DNA of 64,000 nucleotides. Source: Leucoraja erinacea. Taxonomy: Eukaryota. The notes under the pieces were generated by a model, which did not search any database, had not been told where the DNA came from, and was given only the letters and a program-made list of their open reading frames with translations. This document shows positions 25,861-39,350 of this stretch, piece by piece. The translations under genes and the position numbers were made by a program. How positions within the stretch are numbered: the first letter of the stretch is position 1; each line of letters starts with the position of its first letter. Where the stretch lies: positions 32,054,001 through 32,118,000 of the forward strand of contig NC_073395.1 of assembly GCF_028641065.1 (NCBI RefSeq), read 5' to 3'.

Positions 25861-26068
25861 TGTCCCCCTAGACTTGCAATACACTTCTTCCTCTGATGTG
25901 ATCCCACTGTTTAAATTTCCTCCACCTTTTATATTTCCTTCAGGGAACAATGAACTGTCACATGAACTATATGAATTAAGTGATGTATATAAACGCAATA
26001 TGTCTATTGATTTGATGTCGGTAATGTTTCACAATCAAGACTGATCTAATTCTAATAATCACTTTCAG

Positions 26069-26303
26069 GAAAAGGATTTGCCTTCCAGCAGAAGGAAAAG
26101 ATTAAATATGAGTACAAGAAATTACTGAGAAAAGAAAAGGGACAACAGCTTCCTCAAAAAGTCGAGTATACAGACAATTATCCAGATCACTTGCGTCATC
26201 TCTATCTGGCTGAAGAAGAGTTTCTCAAGAAACAATCAAAGAAACCCAAACATGAAGAATCTGAAACAAATCAAGTAGATTCTCAAGAAGTGACAATTAA
26301 AAA
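26069..26303 (+). CDS. CCDC59: CCDC59 exon 2
   Basis: tttcag acceptor; [24 protein letters not shown]...[18 protein letters not shown] (conserved CCDC59 motifs); GTAAG donor, phase 2. Confidence 0.95.
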
Positions 26304-26495
26304 GTAAGAGATTTTGGTTATTCTTTGACAATTTGGTTTGGAAAGAATTTGTATTCTTAGATGTCTTCCATAAACTCCAGACATCACATAATATGAGTAG
26401 GGTTAGAACACTTTTAGTTTAAAGATACTGCATGGTGACAGGCCCTTCAGCACACGGAGTCCATGCCAACATTCGATCACCTGTTCACATGTACC

Positions 26496-26790
26496 ACGGT
26501 GGCTCAGCGGTAGAATTGCTGTCTTACAGCACTTGCAGCGCCGGAGACCCGGGTTCGATCCTGACTACAGGTGCTGTCTGGATGGAGTTCGTACGTTCCC
26601 ACCGTGACCGCGTTTCCTCCGAGACCTTCGGTTTCCTCCCACATTCCAAAGACATATAGGTTAATTGGCTTGGTGTATGTGTAAATTGTCCCTAGTAGTA
26701 GACAGTGTTAATGTGTGGTGATTGCAGGTCGGTGCGGACTCGGTGGGCCGAAGGGCCCGTTTCCGCGCTGTATCTCTAAATTAAACTAAA
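26496..26790 (+). mobile_element. tRNA-derived SINE (V-SINE/HE1-like) nested in an opposite-orientation SINE (26415-27030)
   Basis: A box GGTGGCTCAGCGG, B box GGTTCGATCC, central GGTTTCCTCCCAC...GTTAATTGG core and (TAAAC)n tail. Confidence 0.85.
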
Positions 26791-28139
26791 CATAAGTTGA
26801 ATGTTATCCGACTTTGTCATCTATTCCTTGCACCCTAGTGAGCAATTTACAAAGGCCATTACCTACAATCCTGCACTACTTCGGGATGTGGGAGGAAACC
26901 GGAGAACCCAAAAGAAACTCAGACGGTCACGGGGAGAATGTACAAACTACACACAGGCAGCATCCAAGATCAGGAGCGAGCCTGTCTCTGGTGTTTGAGA
27001 CGGTTATTCTATCAGCTGCACAACTACGCTGATCATTATTTTCTAGCTAAAAATAAGGACATCCTATCCGAGTGTCTCCATTGCATCTTCCATCTTTAAA
27101 AGATATCATCCATGTGCCCATTCTCCATCTTTTGTAAAGCGGTCTTTTTTGTTGATTTGGTCGAGTTTATAGGTCATAGGAGCAGAAATAGGCTATTTGG
27201 TGCATCGAGTGTACTCCGCCATTTAATCACGGCTGATCTTTCTTTCCCTCTCAACCCCTATCTCCTGCCTTCTCCACATAACATTTGATACCCTCATTAA
27301 TCAAGAACTTGTCAATCTTAGGTTTTAAAAATACCCTATGTCTTGGCCTCCGCCACCGTCTGTGGCATCGAATTCCACAGATTCACCACCCTCTGACTGA
27401 AGAAATTCCTCCTCATCTTTCGAAAGATATGTGCTTTTATTCTGAGATTGTGTTCTCTGGTCCTAGACTCGCCCACTAGTGGAAACATCCTCTCCACATC
27501 TATGCTGTCGAGGCCTATTGCGAGAGTGTAAGCTTCAATGATTCAATGATACTTTATTGTCACATGTACCTAGGTACAGTGAAACTCTTTTGCATACAAC
27601 ACACGTACGCAAAGAGTTGCCACATATCTGGTGCCTACAAAGTACTCATTACAGTCCTGATGATCCCACTTTGTTCTTGGTGGCCTGACCACCTCTTCTT
27701 GGCGTGCAATCTGTTCACAGCTCGCCCTCGACCGACCGCCACTACCCCTCACCTGTGAGCTGTCTCTCTCCTCTCAGATCCTTCAGCATTTGTGCCCCCT
27801 CTCCCCAGAACTCCACCTACCGGCCCTTTGTCCAGATTCTGCCAGTCCAACTCTCTCATCCTTCCTGCTCCTGGTCTTCGAGGGCGAGCGAGAGATGATC
27901 ATCGAACCCTTCCATGCAGTTTCCGCGTCTGGGTTTGCCAACTGCCTGCGCGTCCTCGTGTCCGTCGGCACTGGTGGCTTGGGCCGAGTTCAAAGGCTGC
28001 TCCCGTGGACAGGCCATGCATGGCCTGATGGTCCTTTCTTGCGCGGCCTCGATCCGTGGTGGGCGAGTTGGGCCAACGGGGTTCTCTGTCCTCGGTCTGC
28101 AGCAAGCAAACTGGGCTTGCTGACGGGCTTGTCCTATGC

Positions 28140-28930
28140 TTGCCGGGTACTCGTCCTTCTAAACTCCAGCGAGTTCAGGCCCAGAGCTGGCAAATGCTAA
28201 CATTTTAACCCAAACATTCCTGGGATGAATCTTGTAAACCTCCTCTGGACCCTCTCCAACGCCAGTACATCACTCCTTAAAACTGTTCACAATATTCCAA
28301 ACGCAGTCTGAAATGTGCTTTATCAAACATCACCATTACATCCTTGCTTTTATGTTCTAATCTTCTCAAATGCTAACATTGCACTTGTCTTCCTTACTAC
28401 CGATTCAACTCGCAAATTAACCTTTTGGGAATCCTGCACCAGCATTCTGTTTGCACCTCTGTTTTCTGAATCTCCCCATTTAGAAAATTGTCTCTGCCTT
28501 TATTCCTACTACCAAAGTGCATGACTGCACACTTTGCTACGCTATTTTCCATCTGCCACTTTGCACACTTTCCCAACCTGTCCAATCCTATTGCCCGCTC
28601 CCTGCTTCCCCTACACTACCTGCCCCTTCACCTATCTTTGTATCATCTGTAAACTTTGCCACAAACCCTTTAATTTCATCACCAAAGTGTTGATATGCAA
28701 CGTGAAAAGAGGCGAATCCAACACCGACTGCCGTGGAACATCCCTAGTCACCGATAGCCAATCAGAAAATGGCCACTTTATTCCCACGGCCTTCTGCAAT
28801 TCAGTCAACCTTCTATCCATGCTAGTATATTCGCTCTAGTACCATAGGCTCTCATCTTGTTCAGCAGCCTCATGTGCGGCACTTTTATCAAAGTTCTTCT
28901 GAAAAGCTAGGTAAACGACATCCACAGACA
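28140..28930 (-). mobile_element. Decayed CR1 LINE fragment
   Basis: Minus-strand remnants of VTRDVPRQSVL and KCAVMHFGSRN. Confidence 0.75.
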
Positions 28931-29409
28931 CTCCCTTGTATGTCTTGCTATTTACTTTCGCAAATAATTATTTAGCCTGGAAGTATTTCTTTATCAACTG
29001 GTGGCGCATTGATGTAGTGGAAGGCGCTACTGAATCTCGGCTACAGCCACCTGATTCTGACCTCCATTGCTGTCCATGCTGTATTTTCTCATTCTCTGTA
29101 ACCACACGTTTTCTCCAGACTCCCTGGCTACCTTACACAGCCCACAGACATGCTAGTTGATGGATTTGTCTACTGTAAATTATCCTCGACGTGTGGATGG
29201 ATAGTGGAATCTAGGAGAGGGAGCGTTTATTGGGAAGCGGTGAGATTGGTTGATAGTAAATTAATGGGGGAATCGAATTGCTCTGTGAGCCTTCATTCAC
29301 TCAATGGGCCAAATAGCCTGTTCTCTAAGGAAATATACAAATTGCAGATTGTCTCCATGACAGTTGTAGAGGTGGTTTACTTTAGTACAAATGTTATGTG
29401 CTTTTTTAG

Positions 29410-29488
29410 GAAAAAGAAACTGTCATCGTATCAAAAAACTAAAGAAGAATATGAGAAAAGACAAGCAGAATATATACAGAAAAAAGAA
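29410..29488 (+). CDS. CCDC59: CCDC59 exon 3
   Basis: ttttag acceptor; KKKLSSYQKTKEEYEKRQAEYIQKKE; GTAAGT donor, phase 0. Confidence 0.92.
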
Positions 29489-31233
29489 GTAAGTATCATG
29501 TTGGGGGTTTTGGGCTCAGCAGTGTTTTTAGATTGTTTCGAATTAGGTTAAGCAAATTAACTTGCAGAAATGAGTTTACAATGAGCTTAGGCCCAACAGT
29601 AAGGTTTACAGCTGACCATGAAGTCGATACTAACTCAACTTTTTTTATATCTGCAGTTGTTCACTTGTTGCTAAAAATCGCCACCAATTCAAAGTAATAA
29701 GGCCTGAGCAAACCCGGGCCTTGCAATTTATTGTTGTCATATTGATTGACTGAAACAAATTCTGTGGATAAAATAGCTGTAAACTCTTCAGTAACCAGCA
29801 AATCCAGTCGTGTGCTTTACCCGACACCATGAAATACTTAAGATACGGATGCTGCTTTACTGTAAAAAGACACACAAATGCTGGAGAATCTCAGCAGCAG
29901 GCAGGCAGCATCTCTGGAGAGCATGGATACGAGATGTTTTGGGCCGGGAGCCTGCAGGTTTGCGTGAGTGAGGCCCGGAGCTGCAGGAGCGAGAGCGAGG
30001 GGCTGCAGGTACCAGCACGTAGCGGAGAATGAGAAGTGGTGGATTGAATGTAGGTTGAGCCCAAACTGGCAGGCCTGGAAATGAAGACTGAAGCCATGTG
30101 ACACAAGATGGCCATGCAGGCAAGTGCTGTGAAAGCACACTGTGGTAGCGAGTCCGGGTCAAAACATGGTCGAAGAGCAGGAGAGCATCAGGGAAAATAT
30201 TCCCAATGTTGAGGGAGTTCCAGAACCAGGAGCCACAGTCTAAGAATAAAGGGTAGGCCATTTAAAACTGAGATGAGAAAAAACTTTTTCACCCAGAGAG
30301 TTGTGAATTTGTGGAATTCTCTGTCACAGAAGGCAGTAGAGGCCAATTCACTGGATGAATTTAAAAGAGAGTTAGATAGAGCTCTTAGGGCTAGCGGAAT
30401 CCAGGGTTATGGGGAAAAGGCAGGCACGGGTTACTGATTGTGGATGATCAGCAATGATCACAATGAATGGCAGTGCAGGGTTGAAGGGCCAAATGGCCTC
30501 CTCCTGCACCTATTTTCTATGTTTCTGTGACACAAGGGGAGCAGTGAGAGAGATGGACGTTGAAAGAAGCCTTGTGGGACTAATTCACACTCCAATCTAA
30601 AGATATTGCCTGGTGACTTCCTCACTTTTGTTTTCAGAATTGCCATCCCTCCAGCACCCCCACCCTACCCTATATCTCTGCTCTTTGGCAAAAGACATTG
30701 AAGAATTTGACAACATGTGCAATATTGTCAACGGTTGTCTGTCGTACTGGCAGATCATCTATGTCAACTGATCAAATTGGACAATCATCAAGCTACTCTA
30801 ATACAGCCAGTAAAAAAATACGGAAAACATTGTTACAACAGGTGGCCATGACCGATATTTTAAGGCGGAGATTGACAGATTCTTGATTAGTAAGGGCGTG
30901 GGGGGGGTTTAGGGCGAAGGTAGAAGAATGGGGTTGAGTGGGAAAGATAGATCATCCGTGATTGAATGGCTGAGTAGACTTGATGGCCTAATCCTTCTCT
31001 TAGAAGTTATGAACTTGCATTACCACCCAGAACTACCAAGCAACAAGATTTTGCTTTTGATTTCCTTTCTCTGAGGTCTTCTCATGTTCAATACGGTGTG
31101 CCAACAATCTATGTTCGCGTTGTTCCTAAGGGTAAGAGTGCAAATGATTATTGTCATTTATTTTAATATTGTTGAATGAATGATTATGCTTATTTTAAGT
31201 ATGGTTATTAATTTCTTGCTAATTTTCCTTAAG

Positions 31234-31395
31234 GCGGCAGAAAAAAGACAAAAGGATAAAGAAGAGGCACAGAGGAAATACAAAGAACAAAAACTGGAGA
31301 GATATAAAATGCTCTGCAAGAAAACAAGAACAGGCCAGCCAAACCTGAACCTGCAGATGGAATACTTGCTTAAAAAAATCCAAGATAAGACATGA
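31234..31395 (+). CDS. CCDC59: CCDC59 exon 4 (terminal)
   Basis: [53 protein letters not shown], with the [18 protein letters not shown] signature. Spliced CDS is 702 nt = 233 aa. Confidence 0.95.
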   Translation, partial: AAEKRQKDKEEAQRKYKEQKLERYKMLCKKTRTGQPNLNLQMEYLLKKIQDKT

Positions 31396-34300
31396 AATAA
31401 AATCGTCTATTTCTGACTAACATTGCCACCATTTATTCTCCTTTGGATCTCATTGGCTGTTTAAAAGATTTTGATGCAATTGTCATTCAATCCCAAACAT
31501 GAGCATTTGGTGATATTTCATTCAGATTGATATTTGATACTAGTGACAAAAAAATGTATTTGTAGGCATGCAAATCTGGAATGGTGAACACACAAACTCT
31601 GCTGGTAAATTACAGTGATCTTTTATTGATCATCTTGAATGATAAGCGGGTGGCGTCAGCAGTCTGTCACGTCCCATCTCTGTTTTTATTATTTTAAGTA
31701 TGTTTTAAATGTGTGTTTCAATGTTTCTATTGGGGGGGAGGGGGGGCAGTCGTAGGAGCAACGCGGACTCTAACATCATGAAGCTGCGATCTTGCGATTG
31801 CCAGAAGAAGTGCTCCGACCGCGGGGCCTGTGGACTTTTAACACCATGAAGCTGCGGTCTCTGTTAAGAAGCGGCCGACTCGGGAACTCCATGCCGCGGA
31901 GTGTTCCAATCCGTCCCGACGTTGGAGTTTCGATCATCCCGACAAGAGGGCCTGAACATCAGACCGTCTAACGGCGAACTGCGGAGGGTTCAAAGGCCTC
32001 TGGGTGTTTATGTTAAATTTTATTTTATGTGTGTATTGTGTTCTTTTCACTTGATATGGCTGTATGGTAACTCAAATTTTGCTGTGCCTTAATTGGTTAA
32101 GTGACAATAAATGCAAAACTAAACTTTGAAAAATGCAAAATTAATCTAGTCGCCATGAAGTTTGAAAAATGCAAAATATTGAGATTTTGTTTGTAACTTT
32201 AAACTGTTCACTTGTATCACTCTGGTTAAATTTTATGTTTCTAGACCTATGATGGCTTGCCAATATCTTTTCATATTGTGTACATTATGGATTTTGTCAG
32301 CAAAAAAGTGACCTGGTGACATTTCTTATTTAACGGATTATAAATGTATTGGAGAAAATATCCACGAGCATACCGACACCAATTGTATGTAAAAATTAGA
32401 TGTCATAGTAGTTCATCTACAACATGCATCCTAAATAGTGAAAGTAAAAAGTCGTAGGTGAAGTTAATTCATACGATAACAAACATTAGATCAGTGGAAA
32501 AGGCCGAGACATTTGCAGGCAGTCTTCAGCCAATTTGATTTATTTCCCCATAATCTCAAGAAACAATTGAATACAGTGGATTTTTGTTCAGTCTGCCTGG
32601 ATACAGTCCCAACAACCAACTCTTTGTCATCGGCAAATTAACCAAATAGCAAGTAAAACTTAACAATGATCTCTTCACTAATGCCTAATTTGAGTTCTAC
32701 CAAGAGTACAATTTCAAAATAGCATCATGGTCCAAATGTAGATAAGACTCCATTATGGGTCCAGGTTTTATACATTCCTATCATACTTTTTTCAACAACA
32801 GCTATGGCTAAAGTCTTATTTATCTACCTATGCCCATTGAAATTAAATGATTTTATATTGAGAATTAAATGTTATTCTAATCTAAAAGTTGAAATAATTA
32901 TTTCTTAGGCCTGGGTTCATTGTCACGTGTACTGATGTGCAATGAAAAGCATCGTTTTGCATGCTATCCATTCAAGTGAGTTAATGCTATACATAAATGC
33001 AATGAAGCCAAACTCTACAATAGATAGAGAGTAAGGTAAAGATAAAGAATGCAGAATGTAGTTATAATAATTTACCAAATCTATTGGTATGCCCTTTTGA
33101 CAGTTTGGACAATAAATATCGTGATTCCTGGCATTTTGGAAGGAAAAATGTCAGCTTATAAATTGAAATGGATGCCTTTATCAAAGTGCCTTTCATGTCC
33201 TGAACATGTTCCAAAAGACTTCAAAAAATGTTAAGTGGGGAAACATGCTCAAAAGCTAATTTATGCAAAGCAAGACCACAAAATTGCAACAAAATTAATA
33301 ACCAGATAATCTGATGTGAAACACAAAGTGCTGTGAACTCAGTAGATTAGGCAGTTCAGTGTGTATTTGTACATGTGACAATTAAGCACCATTGATTATC
33401 TGTGAAGGGCATGGACAGTCAATGCCTCGAATTGGGACTCTTCCTTAGACTGGTCAAGCACCACCTTGGATCAGGACCTCACCTCCAACCCAGATTCCAG
33501 CAGTGGCAGGTTTTTGTGTCTCCAATCTATGGAGGGATATGGGTTAAGTGATGACTGATGGCGAGGAGAACTATTGTTCCTGAAAATGTATCATGATGTC
33601 TTTTACATCCGCCATAGATTTCCATGCCTTGTGCACCACAGCAGAAAGGCAGCAAACCTGAGAGAAATTCACATTTAGTACTCAAATAAAATGTCAGCCT
33701 AGGTTATGAATTCAAGTCTTTGGAGCCAAACTTCAATTCATGCACACCTGAATTTGGAAGCAAGCATTCCGTTTTCACCTCAGCTGATCAAAGCATCTAC
33801 AGACTGTTCCACAGAAACTGGATTTCATCTGTGTTGCACTTAAACAATCATGCTTGTAGTGCTAGTACCAAATTGAAAAGAAAAGTAAATTGGTTTCAAA
33901 AATGGATATGTTAAATTATGATGTGCACATGTCCAAATAACAGTGCTCCATTTTATTGTGCAGTAGTCAGTGAAGATTATACCTTAAAAGGCACATAGTA
34001 AAGTAAAATATCCTTTATTGTCATTCAGACCTTCCGGTCTGAACGAAATTTCGTGCCATGCAGTCATACATATAATAAAATAACAAAAACACACAATAAA
34101 CACAAATTTAACATCCACCACAGTGAGTTCACCAGGCACCTCCTCACTGTGATGGAAGGCAAAAGTCTTAAAGTCTATGTCTCTTCCCTCCTTGTTCTCC
34201 CTTGACATTTCCCTTGACACACAGCAGCAGCACGCATTATGCCTGCCATAATGTGAAAAGGACTGGTGACGGCATGGCGAGGACAAGGAGGATCTCCAAA

Positions 34301-34787
34301 TGAGACATTGATCAGCTGTTGAACCAAATTGGTGCCAAGCGATGAAACATGCAAAATATAACATCATAGATGTATCAAGATGACTTCTACTGTCTTTCAT
34401 ACTAACATATCCTCTGGCATATATTCGCACACGCAAAACTTTTCTTTATTCTAGTCCCATATTTCCTTATGTACCCACACTCCCCTCCTACACCAGTCCC
34501 CCCGATAGATAGTTGCTCTCCATGATTTTCCAATCGAAAAATAAAAAAGTTTAAAAAATCTTGAGTTTGGCTGATTGGTTCTCTCGCCTGTCAATCACGA
34601 TGAGGGGGCAGGACTATAAAACCCCGGATGCCCAGACGTGAGTCAGTCACTCTGGAAGATCGTGAGGGAGAGTCCACAACTGTGATTCTAAGCTGTGAAT
34701 CAACTGAACTGTGGGTCTGCAATGTATTTGCAATAAATGATTTGTTAGCCCTTAATGACAATGCAATGAGTTGTTTGGCAATTTGGT

Positions 34788-34990
34788 GGCCTGCACTCTT
34801 GCTTGAAATGCTGTGAAATTGAATGTGGTGGCCTGCACTCTGCTTGAAATGCTGTGAAATTGAATGTGGTGTCCTGCACTCTGCTTGAAATGGAATTTCA
34901 AGGAATAGCCGTGAGTGAACTGCCAGCCCACCAGTCCTGAGTGACTGAGCTGCCAGCCCACCAGGCCTGAGTGACTGAGTTGCCAGCCTA
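34788..34990. repeat. Two adjacent minisatellites (~41-bp and ~30-bp units, ~2.6 copies each) in a Helitron-related fragment
   Basis: Repeated units GCCTGCACTCTGCTTGAAATGCTGTGAAATTGAATGTGGTG and GAGTGACTGAGCTGCCAGCCCACCAGGCCT. The upstream GGACTATAAAACC is shared with the 52670 region. Confidence 0.75.
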
Positions 34991-35579
34991 AGAATCCATT
35001 TGGCCCACAATGTCCATACTAGCCCTCTGGAAACCAGTCCATTCGGCCCACAACACCCATACTAGCGCTCCAGACCTTTTAAATGGCATGCTTATATTGA
35101 ACTCAATGTGTTAATTTTATTGGGTCATTGTGTCAATGCAAGCCAAAAAAGATAGGCTTTCTTTATAGTTAGACGTAATGAAACAGAAAACACTGGATAA
35201 ACTCAACAGGTCTGGGTACATCGTGGGAAGTGAAACAAAGCTGATTGTTTCTCTTCCCACAGATGTGACCTGATCTGCCAAGTATCACACTTTTCTGTTT
35301 TATTTTAGACATCCAGCATCTGGAATTTCTGCAGTGACTAGAATAACAGTTGGTTTTTTTAGACCCGTCTGAAGAAGGGTCTCGATCTGAAACATTACCA
35401 ATTCCTTTTCCCCAGAGATGTTGCCTGACCCACCGAATGTTAGCATTTTGTGTCTAGTCGATTTTTTTAGATCTAGGATCTCCAATTAATATCAAGAAAG
35501 CTTCAAAGAAGAGTTGCACAGCAATTAGCATTGTTATTCCAAAGTTTCATGCTGATGAAATATTAAACATGGTAGCGTG

Positions 35580-36380
35580 GATGGTGGTTGGGGACACAAC
35601 AGATGAGGACGAGTCGGAGTATAGAAGTGAGATCGACCGACTGACCAAATGGTGCCAGCACAACAACCTGGCTCTCAACATCAGTAACACCAAGGAACTG
35701 ATTATGGACTTCAGTCGGGGAAGGATGAGGACACACAATCCTGTTCACATCAATGGGACGACGGTGGAGAGGGTCAATAACTTCAAATTCCTGGGCGTGC
35801 ATATATCCGAAGATCTTTCCTGGATCCAGCACACCAATGCAATTATAAAGAAGGCACATCAGCAACTCTACTTCCTGAGAAGATTACGGAGATTCGGCAT
35901 GTCAAAGAGGATTCTCCTAAACTTCTACAGGTACACGGTAGAGAGCATTCTGACTGGTTGCAGCATCGCCTGGTTCGGCAACTTGAACGTCCAGGAGCGA
36001 AAAAGACTACAAAAAGTTGTGACCACTGCCCAGTCCATCACCGGCTTTGACCTCCCCACCGTCGAAGGGATCTATCATAGTTGCTGCCTCAAAAAGGCAG
36101 CCAAAATCATCAAAGACCCACTCCATCCTGGCCACACACTTATTTCACCCTTGCCATCAGGAAGAAAGTACAGGAGCCTGAAAACTGTAACGTCCAGGTT
36201 CAGGAACAGTTTCTTCCCTACAGCCATCAGGCTATTAAACACAACAACGAATAAGCTCTAAGCTTTGAACTGCAAAAGACTATTATTATTGCACTATATT
36301 TGTTATTTATTGAACTTTTTCTTTTTTTTCTCTTCCCCCGTTATGTACTATGTCTACATATTCACATATTCTGTTATGCT
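35580..36380 (+). mobile_element. Rex1/Babar LINE 3' fragment (ORF 35569-36261)
   Basis: WCQHNNLALNISNTKEL, FKFLGVHISEDLSW and LPSGRKYRSLKTVTSRFRNSFFP motifs. Confidence 0.9.
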
Positions 36381-36477
36381 GCATCAAACATTCTTGACTC
36401 TCTCTCTCTCTTGGTTGGAAGTGCTTTGTCCAATTTTACAATTGCCATCCTTTCCCCACTAGTGGTCATTAATTCGG

Positions 36478-36897
36478 CTTGTACTCGCTAGAATTTAGAA
36501 GATTGAGGGGGAATCTTATAGAAACTTACAAAATTCTTAATGGGTTGGACTGGCTAGATGCAGGAAGATTGTTCCCGGTGTTGGGGAAGTCCAGAACAAG
36601 GGGTCACAGTTTAAGGATAACGGGGAAATCTTTTAGGACTGAGATGAGAAAAACATTTTTCACACAGAGAGTGGTGAATCTCTGGAATTCTCTGCCACAT
36701 AAGGTAGTTGAGGCCAGTTCATTGGCTATATTTAAGAGGGAGTTAGATGTGGCCCGTGTGGCTAAGGGGATCAGAGGGTATGGAGAGAAGGCAGGTACAG
36801 GATACTGAGTTGGATGATCAGCCATGATCATGTTGAATGGCGGTGCAGGCTCGAAGGGCCGAATGGCCTACTCCTGCACCTATTTTCTATGTTTCTA
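36478..36897 (+). mobile_element. CR1 3' end
   Basis: YSLEFRRLRGNLIETYKIL...GYGEKAGTGY plus 3' UTR; close to the 4900-5320 copy. Confidence 0.92.
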
Positions 36898-39039
36898 AGT
36901 GATTTACTTGAGGATACATCAGTTTGGAATTGCATCTTTCTGAAAAAAGTCAGTGTTTTTTTCTGAGCAATTATGATATTTTTCGATGTTTAACTAAGGA
37001 AAGAACAAAGACTTAATTTATTACTGGCAATTAAATTTGGGTACTCAATTCCCACTTGGGAAGTCGATCTGGGTCAGCCTTTCAGCGCATTGCTGAAGGA
37101 GAATACTGTAGTGTCATCTCTCATGTAAGATGCGTTCAGGTGGGTCATGATCCCATGACATCATTCAAAGATGAAAAAGGATGTCTAATATTTATTTCCA
37201 TAAAAGTGTAATGGCCACTTGTCTGTACTACTTTATCAATCGTGGTTTGTACAGCTGCCTGATATGACTGACAGTAAAACAGTTTGAAGCAAATATTATT
37301 CAGCTGTTTCCAAGCATCTTCATATGTCATGAAGAAATGTGAAGCACTTTTGTAAATACCACTCCTTTGGTTGGATGTGAAATGAACTTTAATTCATGGT
37401 TAAGTAAACCGGAAATTCCATAGCATGTCTCCTATTCATAGAATATTAATTTCACGTCATTTAGTCCTATCAGATAGTAGATTGTATATATGATATGCCC
37501 ACTGAAGTAACATAGATGTACAATTTAGAAATCAATGGGAAAATTGCTCTGCCCCGAGAGAACAGCAAGCTGTATGTGGAGTCGCAGCTGTTCCTATTAG
37601 TAAAGTTGAATAAACATTGAATAACAATGACACTGTATAACACTTAAAACAGATGCTTTAAAAATCTGCAAATTGTAGGCAATAAATAATTTGTTGTAAT
37701 GTGATGATTGTAAGATAAGTCTTTGATCGGTCAAAATGTTATCCCATCACATTCCATGTTGTCTTTATTCTTCATAAATTGTCTTTACCATAAGAGTTAT
37801 AGAACTATTGTTCACAAAAGGAGGTCATTGTGTCCATGCAGTCCAAAAAAGCAAGGCTTTCTCTGTAATTGCACGTAATAAAAACAGAAAACGCTGGACA
37901 AACTCAACAGATCTGGTCCCATCTTGGGAAGTGAAACAAAGCAGTTTGTTCTCTTCTCACAGATGTGGCCTGACCTGCGGAGTGTCACATTTTCTGTATT
38001 ATTTTAGATATCCAGCATCTGCAATTTCTGTTTTTATTTTCACATACTAATTGCATATCCTAGCACTAGTTTTGTTGGTTATAACACCTCAAATGTTCTC
38101 CCAAATATATTCCTTAAATGTAATTATGTTATCCGTCTCTTTCAGGCAGTGAGTTCCAGAACTCTACCACCGGGTTTAAACTGCTAATACATTCTAATCC
38201 TTTGTGGAAATAAGTGAGAAAACTTTAATGAACCCGAAGGATATAAGACCTATGTGGAATCACACTTGTTCATATCAGTAAAATTGAATAAACATCGAGT
38301 AAAAATTACCTCTCTGATTCGCTCTAATCTCTCTATTAATTTCCTTAAATATGTTCCCTCTTTTAATGATATCTACTAAAGAAAATAGTTCCTTCCGGTT
38401 ACTGATCGCTACCAAGAAAAATGAATCATTTTATTTGTCCATTCTGGTCCTCATCTTTTTAACCACTTCAATTCAAATACCCCTCAGCTTCTTATGCTCC
38501 AATGAAAATAAAAATCCTGTCCAGCCAGTTTTTCTCCTACAACTAAATTTCAACTGTATTTTTTTTTGCAATCCTCCTCTGCCACCCCCATTCTGCTCTC
38601 GATGCGATGACCAGAATCTAATAGATTTGATTTGTAACATTTTGTACAAAACCTCCCTGACCAATTATCTTATCCACCTTATCTACACTTAACTTATTTC
38701 AGCAGATACATGATAATGATAAAAGGAATAATATTTAGTGCAAGCTAAAGTCTGATTAGAGTCTGAGGGTCTCCAATGAGGTATAGTAGCTCAGGACCAA
38801 AGTTCCTCTAGTATCTTTGCTCAGGACCACTCTCTGGTTGTTGATAGGATAGTAAAGTTGCCTGATAACAGCAGGGAAGAAACTTATCAGGCAAACTCTT
38901 TCCAGTATTCTGCAATGTAGTGTGCATTTCATTGACTTTTTGTTTTCCCCAAATGAAGTTAGAATGCTGCATGTGTTTAATTATTTGAAACATATTTAAG
39001 TATTTTGATTTTTAAAAATATTTAGTCGAGAAGATGCCA

Positions 39040-39350
39040 ACAAGATATGGACGCTCAGCAGCTCAAAACGTTGCAAGGAACAAACGATGAGAGAAGAAAG
39101 AAGGTGGGAGAGAATACCAGAGCGGACACTTGTCATGGAAACTGCAAACAAGCCTAGAGCCACATCACTGACGCTAAACCACAGAGACGTGGGCTAACGG
39201 GAGGGGCAGAACTCTACATTCACTGTTGCCTGGAGACCAACAATGTTTTTTTTCGGAAAGCTCCGACGAATTCCCGATCTTCGCAGAGCTCTTGAGAACG
39301 TACGAGTGCTACAGGAACGGTAACAGTTATCTTAGATAGTTATTGAGGTG
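39040..39350 (+). promoter_or_regulatory. Candidate promoter and non-coding first exon with two RFX X-boxes
   Basis: Local CpG enrichment. CTTGTCATGGAAAC (39129-39142) and GTTGCCTGGAGAC (39225-39237), with a GC-box-like GGGAGGGGC between them. Donor-like sites at 39320 (CG/GTAAC) and 39348 (GAG/GTGAA). Confidence 0.55.

Noticed and set aside
26496-26570. tRNA gene
   Set aside because: The A and B boxes belong to a SINE head; there is no cloverleaf and it continues into the SINE core and tail.
34788-34990. Repeat array resembling CRISPR
   Set aside because: Head-to-tail minisatellites without unique spacers, in a eukaryotic context with no cas genes.
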